A DNA stretch of 64,000 bases from an uncultured virus (IMG/VR IMGVR_UViG_3300025316_000017) (taxonomy: Duplodnaviria; Heunggongvirae; Uroviricota; Caudoviricetes). This document shows, in pieces, positions 18,567-25,732 of the stretch. The position numbers and the translations under genes are program-made. The notes below the pieces were generated by a model. It was not told where the DNA came from. It ran no database searches and saw nothing but the letters and a program-made list of their open reading frames with translations. The stretch is taken from the IMG/VR virus record IMGVR_UViG_3300025316_000017; one strand, written 5' to 3'. Position 1 is the stretch's first letter. Each line of letters opens with the position of its first letter.

Positions 18567-18679
18567 TTCTCTTGTGCCTTTCTATGTTTACACCATGCTT
18601 GAATAAAACCACATAAAATAGCCCCAATAAAACCGCCCAATGAAGCACCCAAAATTTCAGCATATGTCATACAAATCAT
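18563..18679 (-). CDS. Cassette membrane microprotein (38 aa)
   Basis: MICMTYAEILGASLGGFIGAILCGFIQAWCKHRKAQEK*. Confidence 0.55.
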   Translation of the reverse strand: MICMTYAEILGASLGGFIGAILCGFIQAWCKHRKAQEK

Positions 18680-18695
18680 TTCTCTTGTGCCTTTC

Positions 18696-18872
18696 TTAAT
18701 GTTCACCAAACATTTCAAGCTGTAAATTGCCTGCCAAACCTTCTTTATCAACTATGTTATGTGTGCAGTTTGTAAATGCTTCGTACAACTTTTCACGCAA
18801 CTTTAGTATTTCTTGCTGGTTATAAGTAACTATTTGACAGGTAAATTTCAATTCTATTTCTTTAGCTTTCAT
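18696..18872 (-). CDS. Cassette protein (58 aa, not in ORF track)
   Basis: MKAKEIELKFTCQ...EMFGEH*; stop lies at the upstream edge of the next repeat. Confidence 0.55.
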   Translation of the reverse strand: MKAKEIELKFTCQIVTYNQQEILKLREKLYEAFTNCTHNIVDKEGLAGNLQLEMFGEH

Positions 18873-19045
18873 TTCTCTTGTGCCTTTCCATCAATCCATT
18901 CCCAACCTAAGAGCAACTTAGACATTTTTCTGTGTAACCAACATGGTTTCTTAGTTGCATAAACATTAAATCTTTCACAAATAATCCATCTACCAGCTTC
19001 TTCTGGTTGTTTTATATAAAAATGGTTTGTAAAGTCTGGTGTCAT
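18869..19045 (-). CDS. Cassette protein (58 aa)
   Basis: MTPDF...KKPCWLHRKMSKLLLGWEWIDGKAQEK*. Confidence 0.6.
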   Translation of the reverse strand: MTPDFTNHFYIKQPEEAGRWIICERFNVYATKKPCWLHRKMSKLLLGWEWIDGKAQEK

Positions 19046-19431
19046 TTCTCTTGTGCCTTTACTAATATCCCTAAAACTTGACCGCAACATACTTTGACTG
19101 CGTTGTATGCCTCTGGCATATTTTCATCAGCACACCAGTATGCTGCACCCATAATTGCTACACGAACTTGCTCTATAACCTCATCTGTTAGTTCACGCAT
19201 TTCTAATGCTACGGCTCTTTTATGTTGTTCTTCTGCAAAATTTTGAATGAACCGATTTGCGTTTTTTAAATCTTCTATTTCATTTTGTTGCTGGCGTAGC
19301 ATGGTGGCGGCTTCGTCTAATTGGTCGGCTAATCTGTCGTTGGCGTTTTCTTGTACGCTCTTACGGCTTGTTGCTTGCCTTCGAATTGACGCACGAATTT
19401 CCATTGCATCAGCTAGTTCATTTGCGTTCAT
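19042..19431 (-). CDS. Modular MNAxELAD-type protein
   Basis: MNANELAD...ATMLRQQQ...ELTDE...KAQEK. Confidence 0.65.
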   Translation of the reverse strand: MNANELADAMEIRASIRRQATSRKSVQENANDRLADQLDEAATMLRQQQNEIEDLKNANRFIQNFAEEQHKRAVALEMRELTDEVIEQVRVAIMGAAYWCADENMPEAYNAVKVCCGQVLGILVKAQEK

Positions 19432-19750
19432 TTAAAACCTCCTGCATTGAAATTAGTCTCATCATACCAAGCCCACTTTCTTCAAGCTGTGTCATCATAT
19501 TTTCAATGACACCCCTTGTATATGCGCTCATGCCCTGAGACTCTTTGTAGCACTTGTACACACTGCCAGAGTAGCCGTGGATGTCGTAATGCTTTTCATG
19601 CTCCTCAATGCGCTCAATGCCAGAGTTCATTCTCCATGAGTCACTGCCGCCGTAGCCACCAAACCAAGAGCCCACCACCTTGTCAATCTGTGGGTGGTCT
19701 TTGGATGTGATGCGGACAATAGTCCAGCGGTCTGGTGTGTAGTCACTCAT
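19418..19750 (-). CDS. Conserved hypothetical phage protein
   Basis: YTPDRW...GSWFGGYGGSDSWRMNSGI...GYSGSVYKC. Confidence 0.7.
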   Translation of the reverse strand: MSDYTPDRWTIVRITSKDHPQIDKVVGSWFGGYGGSDSWRMNSGIERIEEHEKHYDIHGYSGSVYKCYKESQGMSAYTRGVIENMMTQLEESGLGMMRLISMQEVLNERK

Positions 19751-19854
19751 TTGTCTTGTGCCTTTCTAAAAAGCCTTACAACTTTACTAACAAGCACCCA
19801 AACACCAATGAAAGGAATTGCAAGCAAAACTATTAAGTCCCTTATTCCGTTCAT
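19747..19854 (-). CDS. Cassette membrane microprotein (35 aa, not in ORF track)
   Basis: MNGIRDLIVLLAIPFIGVWVLVSKVVRLFRKAQDK*. Confidence 0.55.
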   Translation of the reverse strand: MNGIRDLIVLLAIPFIGVWVLVSKVVRLFRKAQDK

Positions 19855-20048
19855 TTCTCATTAACCTTTCCTGTAATTGCCTTTAAAAATGGACTCCATG
19901 TATCACGCCAATCTTCTAAAAATGCCACTTGTTGTTTCAAGTCTTTAATTTCAGCTTGTTGCTGGCGTAGCATGGTGGCTGCAATTTCCATGACACCAAC
20001 AAACGGATAAGTATTTTCTAATTCATCAGCTAGTTCAGTTGCGTTCAT
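19851..20048 (-). CDS. Modular MNAxELAD-type protein
   Basis: MNATELAD...ATMLRQQQ...GKVNEK. Confidence 0.65.
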   Translation of the reverse strand: MNATELADELENTYPFVGVMEIAATMLRQQQAEIKDLKQQVAFLEDWRDTWSPFLKAITGKVNEK

Positions 20049-20971
20049 ATCAACTCCAAAGATGGTTGTTTCAATCTTTCTTTTTGTAGCTTTTTGTATT
20101 CAGGATTAAGTTCGCAGCCAAGATAATGCCTGTTTAAACGCTCTGCTACCGCAGCGGTAGTTCCTGAACCCATAAATGGATCAAGCACGATGTCACCAAC
20201 TTTTGTGCTGGCTAAGACACAAGGCTCAATTAATTCGGGAGGATAAACAGCAAAGTGTGCGCCATGAAAAGGCTTGGTCGTTACTGTCCACACCGAACGT
20301 TTATTTGCCATGTCATAACTTTTTTCAAGCCCCGAATGAGGATTCAAGCCAGTTCCTTCATTGTGATACTTGCCTTTTGACCTATCCCTTGTACCCCAGT
20401 CTTCTTTGACTGGTTCTTGAATAGCCAAATGATCAAAGTAATACTTAGATTTTTTGCTTAGTAGGAATATGTACTCATGATTCTTTGTGCATCTATCCTT
20501 AACAGACTCAGGCATTGGATTCGGTTTATGCCAAATAATATCTTGTCGTAGATACCAGCCAAAGCTTTGCAATGCAAATGCAACCCGCCAAGGAACACCA
20601 ATAAGATCTTTAGGTTTTAAACCATCAGGAACAATCTTGGAGTGTTTACCTTCCATGTGATGCTGTTGCCCGTTTAAACTCTTTGACGGTCCTTTGCCGC
20701 TACCAGCGTAACTATCACCAAGGTTTAACCAAACAGTACCATCATCAGACAATAGATTCCAAACATCCCGAAAAACGTCCACAATATTAGAAACGTAATC
20801 CCCAACATCAGCTTCCAGCCCAATCTGTCCTTTGTGTCCATAGTCTCTCAATCCAAAGTACGGCGGGGAAGTGATGCAAGTTTGTACCTTGACACCATCC
20901 TTCCGCCATTTTTTCATAATGGCTCGGCAATCACCGAACTCAATTACGTTATGCATAACGGATGACTTCAA
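20045..20971 (-). CDS. DNA amino-methyltransferase (N4-C/N6-A, beta class)
   Basis: TSPPY catalytic motif before DPFMGSGTT SAM-binding motif. Confidence 0.9.
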   Translation of the reverse strand: MKSSVMHNVIEFGDCRAIMKKWRKDGVKVQTCITSPPYFGLRDYGHKGQIGLEADVGDYVSNIVDVFRDVWNLLSDDGTVWLNLGDSYAGSGKGPSKSLNGQQHHMEGKHSKIVPDGLKPKDLIGVPWRVAFALQSFGWYLRQDIIWHKPNPMPESVKDRCTKNHEYIFLLSKKSKYYFDHLAIQEPVKEDWGTRDRSKGKYHNEGTGLNPHSGLEKSYDMANKRSVWTVTTKPFHGAHFAVYPPELIEPCVLASTKVGDIVLDPFMGSGTTAAVAERLNRHYLGCELNPEYKKLQKERLKQPSLELI

Positions 20972-21302
20972 TACGATTTTGTTCTTTATTGATCATTGTG
21001 TTGTAAGTGTTCTTACCAAGATTGGTAGTCAACCTAGCGCACAAAGAACCACGTAAAGTTTCAAGATCATATCCTTCTGCTGGAATTACACGTACATCAC
21101 CCACTTGAATATCTTTAATGTATGGTTGTACATACGTTGAAAGAGTTCCATGTGGATAAAGCGATGGCTTTCTTTTGCTTTTTTCCACTACTTCTAATAC
21201 ACCATGTTTGCCACCCTCTTCGTCAATGATTGCAAATTGACAATTTAAAGCTTGCAACATTTTGATAGCCCGATTAAGGGTTTGAATTTTAATCTGTTCC
21301 AT
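20949..21302 (-). CDS. Hypothetical protein
   Basis: ORF in operon. Confidence 0.6.
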   Translation of the reverse strand: MEQIKIQTLNRAIKMLQALNCQFAIIDEEGGKHGVLEVVEKSKRKPSLYPHGTLSTYVQPYIKDIQVGDVRVIPAEGYDLETLRGSLCARLTTNLGKNTYNTMINKEQNRIEVIRYA

Positions 21303-21498
21303 TTTTTACCTTTCTGTTTACACGTTTTTTAATTGCTACTATTCCTTCTTCATTAACTTTGCGAGCATCAAGCATTGCATCTGCTATGCAATATGCCCTT
21401 TCTGCTAACGTAATTTCGGGATGATTATCTTTGTATGCCATTACCAAGCCAACCATCCCAAACATTGCAAAGCAATCCCGCAAGTCATTTTCGTTCAT
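21289..21498 (-). CDS. Conserved phage protein (LRD.FA...AY.IADAML family)
   Basis: Recognisable motif. Confidence 0.65.
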   Translation of the reverse strand: MNENDLRDCFAMFGMVGLVMAYKDNHPEITLAERAYCIADAMLDARKVNEEGIVAIKKRVNRKVKNGTD

Positions 21499-21794
21499 AC
21501 CATGCCTCTCATAAACTTCATGATGTCATCACATACGTTTTGAGCAAATGTTTTTCCTGATGGGAAAGCCATCTTTGCCCCTTCCGATACCTGCGTTATT
21601 TCCATTGCCTTGTTTAAACCGTCATTAAATCCACGGTTGTAAGGATCTTTATCGCCACTCATGCGCATCCGAATACCTTCTCTCGCAATTACTGTCTTTG
21701 GAGTTTGGGTAGACCTAGCATACTTTGTGAACTTCTCATCCTCTTCGGGAGACATATAGATCATGATTTGTTTTAGATTTTTAGAATGGGTCAT
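21495..21794 (-). CDS. Possible ribbon-helix-helix DNA-binding protein
   Basis: QIMIYMSPEEDEKF...KTVIAREGI. Confidence 0.45.
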   Translation of the reverse strand: MTHSKNLKQIMIYMSPEEDEKFTKYARSTQTPKTVIAREGIRMRMSGDKDPYNRGFNDGLNKAMEITQVSEGAKMAFPSGKTFAQNVCDDIMKFMRGMV

Positions 21795-22191
21795 TGTCTT
21801 TCCACTTCTCGTACTCACCAAGCACTGCATCAAATCTAGCTTTCGCTTCTGCGTTGCCATTGAGTTCGGTACGTGAGGCGATTTCGCACAGTGCATAAAG
21901 TCCTTCCACTGCATCGTCTTCACCATCAATATCAAACTGATGTACGGTTTTTAAATAATGTTGAAAAGATTTTTCTCTGCAAATCATTCCAGCCTTCTTA
22001 ACTCGATTGTCGTAATGCTTGGCGGTTTCGTTATCCTCAATCCGCACAAGCGCTACTCCATACCTCGCCCCAACAAAATCCCGCATTAGTTCTTCGGGGA
22101 TTTCATCGGGATGGATATTCAAAGTCAATACAAAGCCAGTCTTATCTTGCTTCAAAGCAATCTTGATAGCTTCAAATTGAAGTGCATTCAT
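21781..22191 (-). CDS. Conserved hypothetical phage protein
   Basis: FEAIKIALKQDKTG.VLTLNIHP...SRTELNGN. Confidence 0.6.
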   Translation of the reverse strand: MNALQFEAIKIALKQDKTGFVLTLNIHPDEIPEELMRDFVGARYGVALVRIEDNETAKHYDNRVKKAGMICREKSFQHYLKTVHQFDIDGEDDAVEGLYALCEIASRTELNGNAEAKARFDAVLGEYEKWKDNDPF

Positions 22192-22397
22192 TGGTTTAAC
22201 TTATGCTCCAAGTAAGAAATTACTGCCTGATAGCCAATTGCTTGATGTTCAAGATTGTCAATGTGTGCGTGTAAAGCATCCTTGTCTTTCTTGAGTTCAG
22301 CAATTTCGTTAAGGGCATCAAACGTTATTGTTCCTGCTTCTTCAGCAAGCTGTTTAAACGCTTTGATTGTCGGACGCTTAGAACGGGATTTCGTCAT
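22188..22397 (-). CDS. Hypothetical coiled-coil protein
   Basis: ORF in operon. Confidence 0.55.
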   Translation of the reverse strand: MTKSRSKRPTIKAFKQLAEEAGTITFDALNEIAELKKDKDALHAHIDNLEHQAIGYQAVISYLEHKLNQ

Positions 22398-22659
22398 CTT
22401 CAATCTCCACCGTTTTAGATTTAGTTTGTTGTCCATCAGGTTTCCATATGTTTACCGCAAGCGATAAGTATGTGCCACCTGATCTAGATTGCTTTTTCCA
22501 ACCCGACAATTTAAACGTAGCTTGGTTATTCTCTATTTCAACGGTGCTTAAATCAATCTTAAATTCACCAAAGTAATCAGGGGAATCGGATGACTTTTTA
22601 AACTTGCTTGCGTTTAATGTTCCAGTGTTGGGTAAAACTTCCCATTCTTTCTTTTCCAT
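22378..22659 (-). CDS. Putative single-stranded DNA-binding protein
   Basis: PDYFG...LSGWKK...YLSL; acidic DDEIPF tail. Confidence 0.7.
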   Translation of the reverse strand: MEKKEWEVLPNTGTLNASKFKKSSDSPDYFGEFKIDLSTVEIENNQATFKLSGWKKQSRSGGTYLSLAVNIWKPDGQQTKSKTVEIEDDEIPF

Positions 22660-22661
22660 TT

Positions 22662-23270
22662 TTAGTCCTTAAATTTAGATTTAAACTCTGCAAATTTTGA
22701 TTGCAGTTCTTTATATACATCAGGTACAGCTTCCTTCATCAAGTCAATTTGGGTTTGATTCTTTTTCCAAAATGAACTTAATTCTTTTATGCTTTCGGCA
22801 GATTCACCGTAAGCAATCATTGCACTAGCCAATGTTCCAAAATCAGATTGTTCAACCTTTGCTACAGGCTTAATCATCTTCTGCTCAACTGGCGCAGATC
22901 CAGTAGTGGCATCGAGTACATCATTTTCTACAATAGCTAATGCTGTTGTATATAAATATCTACGCTGATAGCTTTCAACTGCGCCAATATTTTGAACCTC
23001 ATGACAACCTTTGAGATTGGCTGAACCCATAGGTGATGTAAACACAACAGAACTGTTGTCTTCTACATCATGGATTGTCATTGTTGCAAGGTCTTCATTA
23101 AAACAAATAACATCCACCAGCCCATGCTTTTCAAACAGCATTTGGATAGCTGGCAAAAAATCTCCCAACTCAAAATACTTATAGCCAGCAAACTTGTTAT
23201 GCCCTGACTTGTTAAGTGGCATTCCAGCCAACTCATTTCTAACAGCAATTAATTTTTTAAGTACTTTCAT
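22662..23270 (-). CDS. erf: ERF-family single-strand annealing recombinase
   Basis: YKYFEL.D...QNIGAVESYQRRY. Confidence 0.8.
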   Translation of the reverse strand: MKVLKKLIAVRNELAGMPLNKSGHNKFAGYKYFELGDFLPAIQMLFEKHGLVDVICFNEDLATMTIHDVEDNSSVVFTSPMGSANLKGCHEVQNIGAVESYQRRYLYTTALAIVENDVLDATTGSAPVEQKMIKPVAKVEQSDFGTLASAMIAYGESAESIKELSSFWKKNQTQIDLMKEAVPDVYKELQSKFAEFKSKFKD

Positions 23271-23440
23271 TGTGCATTCTCCAAAAATTGATCAGCCAAT
23301 TTATTAGCAACCACATAAATAGCTTCATGCGCTTCATAATTATTCAATACTAAATCTGATGGCAAAAGTTCATATACACCATCTGCATTACTTGCCAATG
23401 CAACCATAAAATCGTAAATCATTTCTTGACGTGTTTTCAT
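23267..23440 (-). CDS. Small hypothetical protein (57 aa, not in ORF track)
   Basis: MKTRQEMIYDFMVALASN...; AGGAG SD; ATGA overlaps. Confidence 0.6.
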   Translation of the reverse strand: MKTRQEMIYDFMVALASNADGVYELLPSDLVLNNYEAHEAIYVVANKLADQFLENAQ

Positions 23441-23691
23441 ATTTTCTCCTTTGGAATAAATCGGTTTTTATTGGGCACTACAAAACTCTTGTAATCAAAT
23501 GCGTGTAACTCCGCTGGCTCATCGTAAAAATTACGTTGCTTTAATTCGTTTTCTTGCCAAAATAAATGCGGACTTTCCTCTTGAATTTTCCTAATTGCAT
23601 CATCCAAGATGGGATTAATTTTTCCAAAATTCGGATCGGTTTTTTTTCTTGATGCAATTTTCAGCATCATCTGTTGCTCTTTGTTTAGCAC
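23437..23691 (-). CDS. Hypothetical protein
   Basis: AGGAG SD before GTG. Confidence 0.5.
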   Translation of the reverse strand: MLNKEQQMMLKIASRKKTDPNFGKINPILDDAIRKIQEESPHLFWQENELKQRNFYDEPAELHAFDYKSFVVPNKNRFIPKEKI

Positions 23692-24572
23692 GACTGCTCC
23701 TTTAAATAAGATTGATATTGACTGCACCATTTGTTAACACCGCAATAGTTACCAGTACACCGCACTGGCTCACCTTTACGCACTTCAATTGACAACTTCT
23801 TTTTGTCTTCTGATTCTTCAATCAGCTTAACTGCATCCTCTTGTGCATCAAACACACGCACCGCAGATTTACGTCCTTCCTTCTTTACTGCGTACGTTGT
23901 GGTGCGCATCCAACGTTCTTCTTCTGTGCACTCAGGCAACTCCTCATCCCAGTCCGCTTGAACCTTGGATTCTTTGTGCAACTCGATACGTTCGTGAACA
24001 TACTTCTCGGTCTTATCAAAAGACCATATTGGTATGTCAACCATTTGGATTTGGGCTTGGGGATAGCCTGATTCAGTTTGTGCTTTGCGGGTAGACCAAT
24101 CACGCAATATGGCGCAGATTTGCAAGCCTTTGATATCTACCCCTTTGATCTTATGAACCATCCAGCCATAGACGTTTAATTGCTGTTCCCATTCGGGTTT
24201 ATCGTTCATCACCGCCCATACGGATGTGAACTTATAGTCTTTGAGCGCAACCCCGCCCTTAACGTGCTGTTGCAAATCAATCGAACCTGATAACGTGACC
24301 CCATCAATCTCCATAAATAATCGTTCCTCGTTTAAATGGTCGATCACCTCACTACGTTCAGCTACTACGTGTAGTGCCGAACCGAGCATTGACCACAACA
24401 TATCGGTTACATCCTGTTCCATGTCATCCCAGTGCTTTCTTTTTAAGCGCTGAATGCGTGGGGGTGACATGATCTCCGTAACGGAATAATCAGCCTTTCC
24501 TTTTGAATAGTATTCTTTACGTGCCAGCGCCACTAATGGCTCAGGTACATTAAAATGATTAGTAATCTTCAC
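23685..24572 (-). CDS. PD-(D/E)XK (Cas4/RecB-like) exonuclease
   Basis: LGSALH...SGSID...DYKFTS...QLNVY; C-terminal Cys cluster; next to erf/ssb. Confidence 0.8.
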   Translation of the reverse strand: MKITNHFNVPEPLVALARKEYYSKGKADYSVTEIMSPPRIQRLKRKHWDDMEQDVTDMLWSMLGSALHVVAERSEVIDHLNEERLFMEIDGVTLSGSIDLQQHVKGGVALKDYKFTSVWAVMNDKPEWEQQLNVYGWMVHKIKGVDIKGLQICAILRDWSTRKAQTESGYPQAQIQMVDIPIWSFDKTEKYVHERIELHKESKVQADWDEELPECTEEERWMRTTTYAVKKEGRKSAVRVFDAQEDAVKLIEESEDKKKLSIEVRKGEPVRCTGNYCGVNKWCSQYQSYLKEQSC

Positions 24573-24598
24573 GTGTCCTCCTATGCGAACGTCCCTAC

Positions 24599-24627
24599 AT
24601 ACTAATACTACTTTTTTCTAAATGCAA
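24599..24627 (-). promoter_or_regulatory. Sigma70-like promoter for leftward recombination operon
   Basis: TTGCAT-17bp-TAGTAT on minus strand. Confidence 0.5.
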
Positions 24628-24990
24628 ACACTATTTTTAAAAATATTTGGCGAACCAGCAAGCAAAGCAAATTCACGTAGACAAGTGTTTGTGAAAGGAC
24701 GCTCAATGTTTATCAAGTCGGCGAAGGCATTAACATATGCATCAGCGTTTAAACTTCAAGCAAAAAACCAGATTTCTGAAATGTTGTCTGGGGATGTGGT
24801 GGTAACGATTCGCATTTGGTATGCATCACGTAGACCTGATTTGGATGAAAGTTTAATTTTAGATTTGCTACAGGATGTTACGTATGCCAACGATAGACAA
24901 GTAAAAGAAAAGCATATTTATTGGATGGGTGTAGATAAATTGAATCCTCGGTGCGAAATTGAAGTTCGTTCTCTTGCACAAGAAAAATAA
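24622..24990 (+). CDS. rusA: RusA-like Holliday junction resolvase
   Basis: P.SKAN...RRPDLD...DLLQ...NDRQV. Confidence 0.8.
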   Translation: MQTLFLKIFGEPASKANSRRQVFVKGRSMFIKSAKALTYASAFKLQAKNQISEMLSGDVVVTIRIWYASRRPDLDESLILDLLQDVTYANDRQVKEKHIYWMGVDKLNPRCEIEVRSLAQEK

Positions 24991-25001
24991 TTTGGTATGA
25001 T
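24974..25001 (+). promoter_or_regulatory. Sigma70-like promoter (extended -10)
   Basis: TTGCAC-16bp-TATGAT with TG upstream of -10. Confidence 0.5.
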
Positions 25002-25038
25002 CGTATCTGTATTTGTAGTCCTCACGTGGTAGTACTTT

Positions 25039-25073
25039 TGGAGAGCGCCTGTTTAAACGCTCTCCATTTTTTT
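25039..25073 (+). terminator. Intrinsic terminator
   Basis: TGGAGAGCG/CGCTCTCCA stem followed by T7. Confidence 0.8.
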
Positions 25074-25128
25074 CACGGCAGCCGGGTAAGAACAACAAAG
25101 TTTAAACATCCACTAGCATCGAAAGTGC

Positions 25129-25158
25129 TTGCAAAGTATTTCATGTTTTAAGTAAGAT
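25129..25158 (+). promoter_or_regulatory. Sigma70-like promoter
   Basis: TTGCAA-18bp-TAAGAT. Confidence 0.5.
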
Positions 25159-25165
25159 TAAATTC

Positions 25166-25365
25166 TGTTCAGATTGTCGATGAAAAACGGTAGGGTCTGA
25201 ACGTGTATTGCCGATACTATGGTTAGTGCGTTAGAGATCGGGAGGGGATGGCGAAGACAGAATCCCTCGCACGAAAAGTCTGTCGGGTCAATCGAAGCAT
25301 GGGGCACGATTGTGAAGGCAACCTAGTTTAGGCTAGGTCTGCCCTCCCAAAGGGCAAGACCGAGA
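25166..25365 (+). ncRNA. Candidate structured ncRNA with pseudoknots
   Basis: Six or more complementary segment pairs, several needing G-U pairs on the + strand; no long ORF. Confidence 0.55.
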
Positions 25366-25447
25366 GTTAACTAATAGTTATTAGACAAATTTATTTTTTG
25401 TGTAATATGTTGCACATTTTTGTGTGAACAAATTGAAAGAAGTTTTT

Positions 25448-25723
25448 ATGCCATACGTCAACAAAGCAAGACCTTATAAAAAAGAATACCAACAACAAAA
25501 AGAACGTGGCGAACAACCAGCACGTAACGCAAGAGCAAGAGCACGTTATGACATGGATAAAAAAGGTGTTGACAGATCAGGAAAAGATATTGATCATGTA
25601 ACTCCTTTATCAAAGGGAGGAACAAATTCTCCAAAAAATTTAAAATTAAAAACACCAACAAATAACAGATCGTTTTCCCGCAATAGCGATCACACTGTGA
25701 AGACTAACAAAAGCAAGAAGTAG
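25448..25723 (+). CDS. Small HNH-family endonuclease
   Basis: Arg-rich helix then DIDHVTPLSKGG.N...NL.....NNRS. Confidence 0.75.
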   Translation: MPYVNKARPYKKEYQQQKERGEQPARNARARARYDMDKKGVDRSGKDIDHVTPLSKGGTNSPKNLKLKTPTNNRSFSRNSDHTVKTNKSKK

Positions 25724-25732
25724 GAGAAGTAA

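Larger units (their letters stand above)
17099..19871 (-). repeat. 11 copies of junction repeat, consensus (minus strand) AGAAAGGCACAAGAGAAATGA
   Basis: Plus-strand tcatttctcttgtgcctttct or variants starting at 17099, 17206, 17405, 17919, 18361, 18563, 18676, 18869, 19042, 19747, 19851. Confidence 0.92.

Noticed and set aside
17099..19871. CRISPR array interpretation of the junction repeats
   Set aside because: Spacing is 100-700 nt and irregular, intervals are ORFs, the repeat is not palindromic and there is no cas operon
17099..20048. True integron or diversity-generating retroelement
   Set aside because: No tyrosine recombinase, attC-like hairpins, reverse transcriptase or adenine-specific TR/VR pair seen
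23685..24572. Cas4 as evidence of a CRISPR system
   Set aside because: Sits with ERF and SSB, consistent with an ordinary phage recombination exonuclease
25448..25723. IscB/HEARO assignment for the HNH plus upstream RNA
   Set aside because: The protein is only 91 aa with no RuvC motifs or PLMP N-terminus; the RNA-HNH link is kept only as a hypothesis
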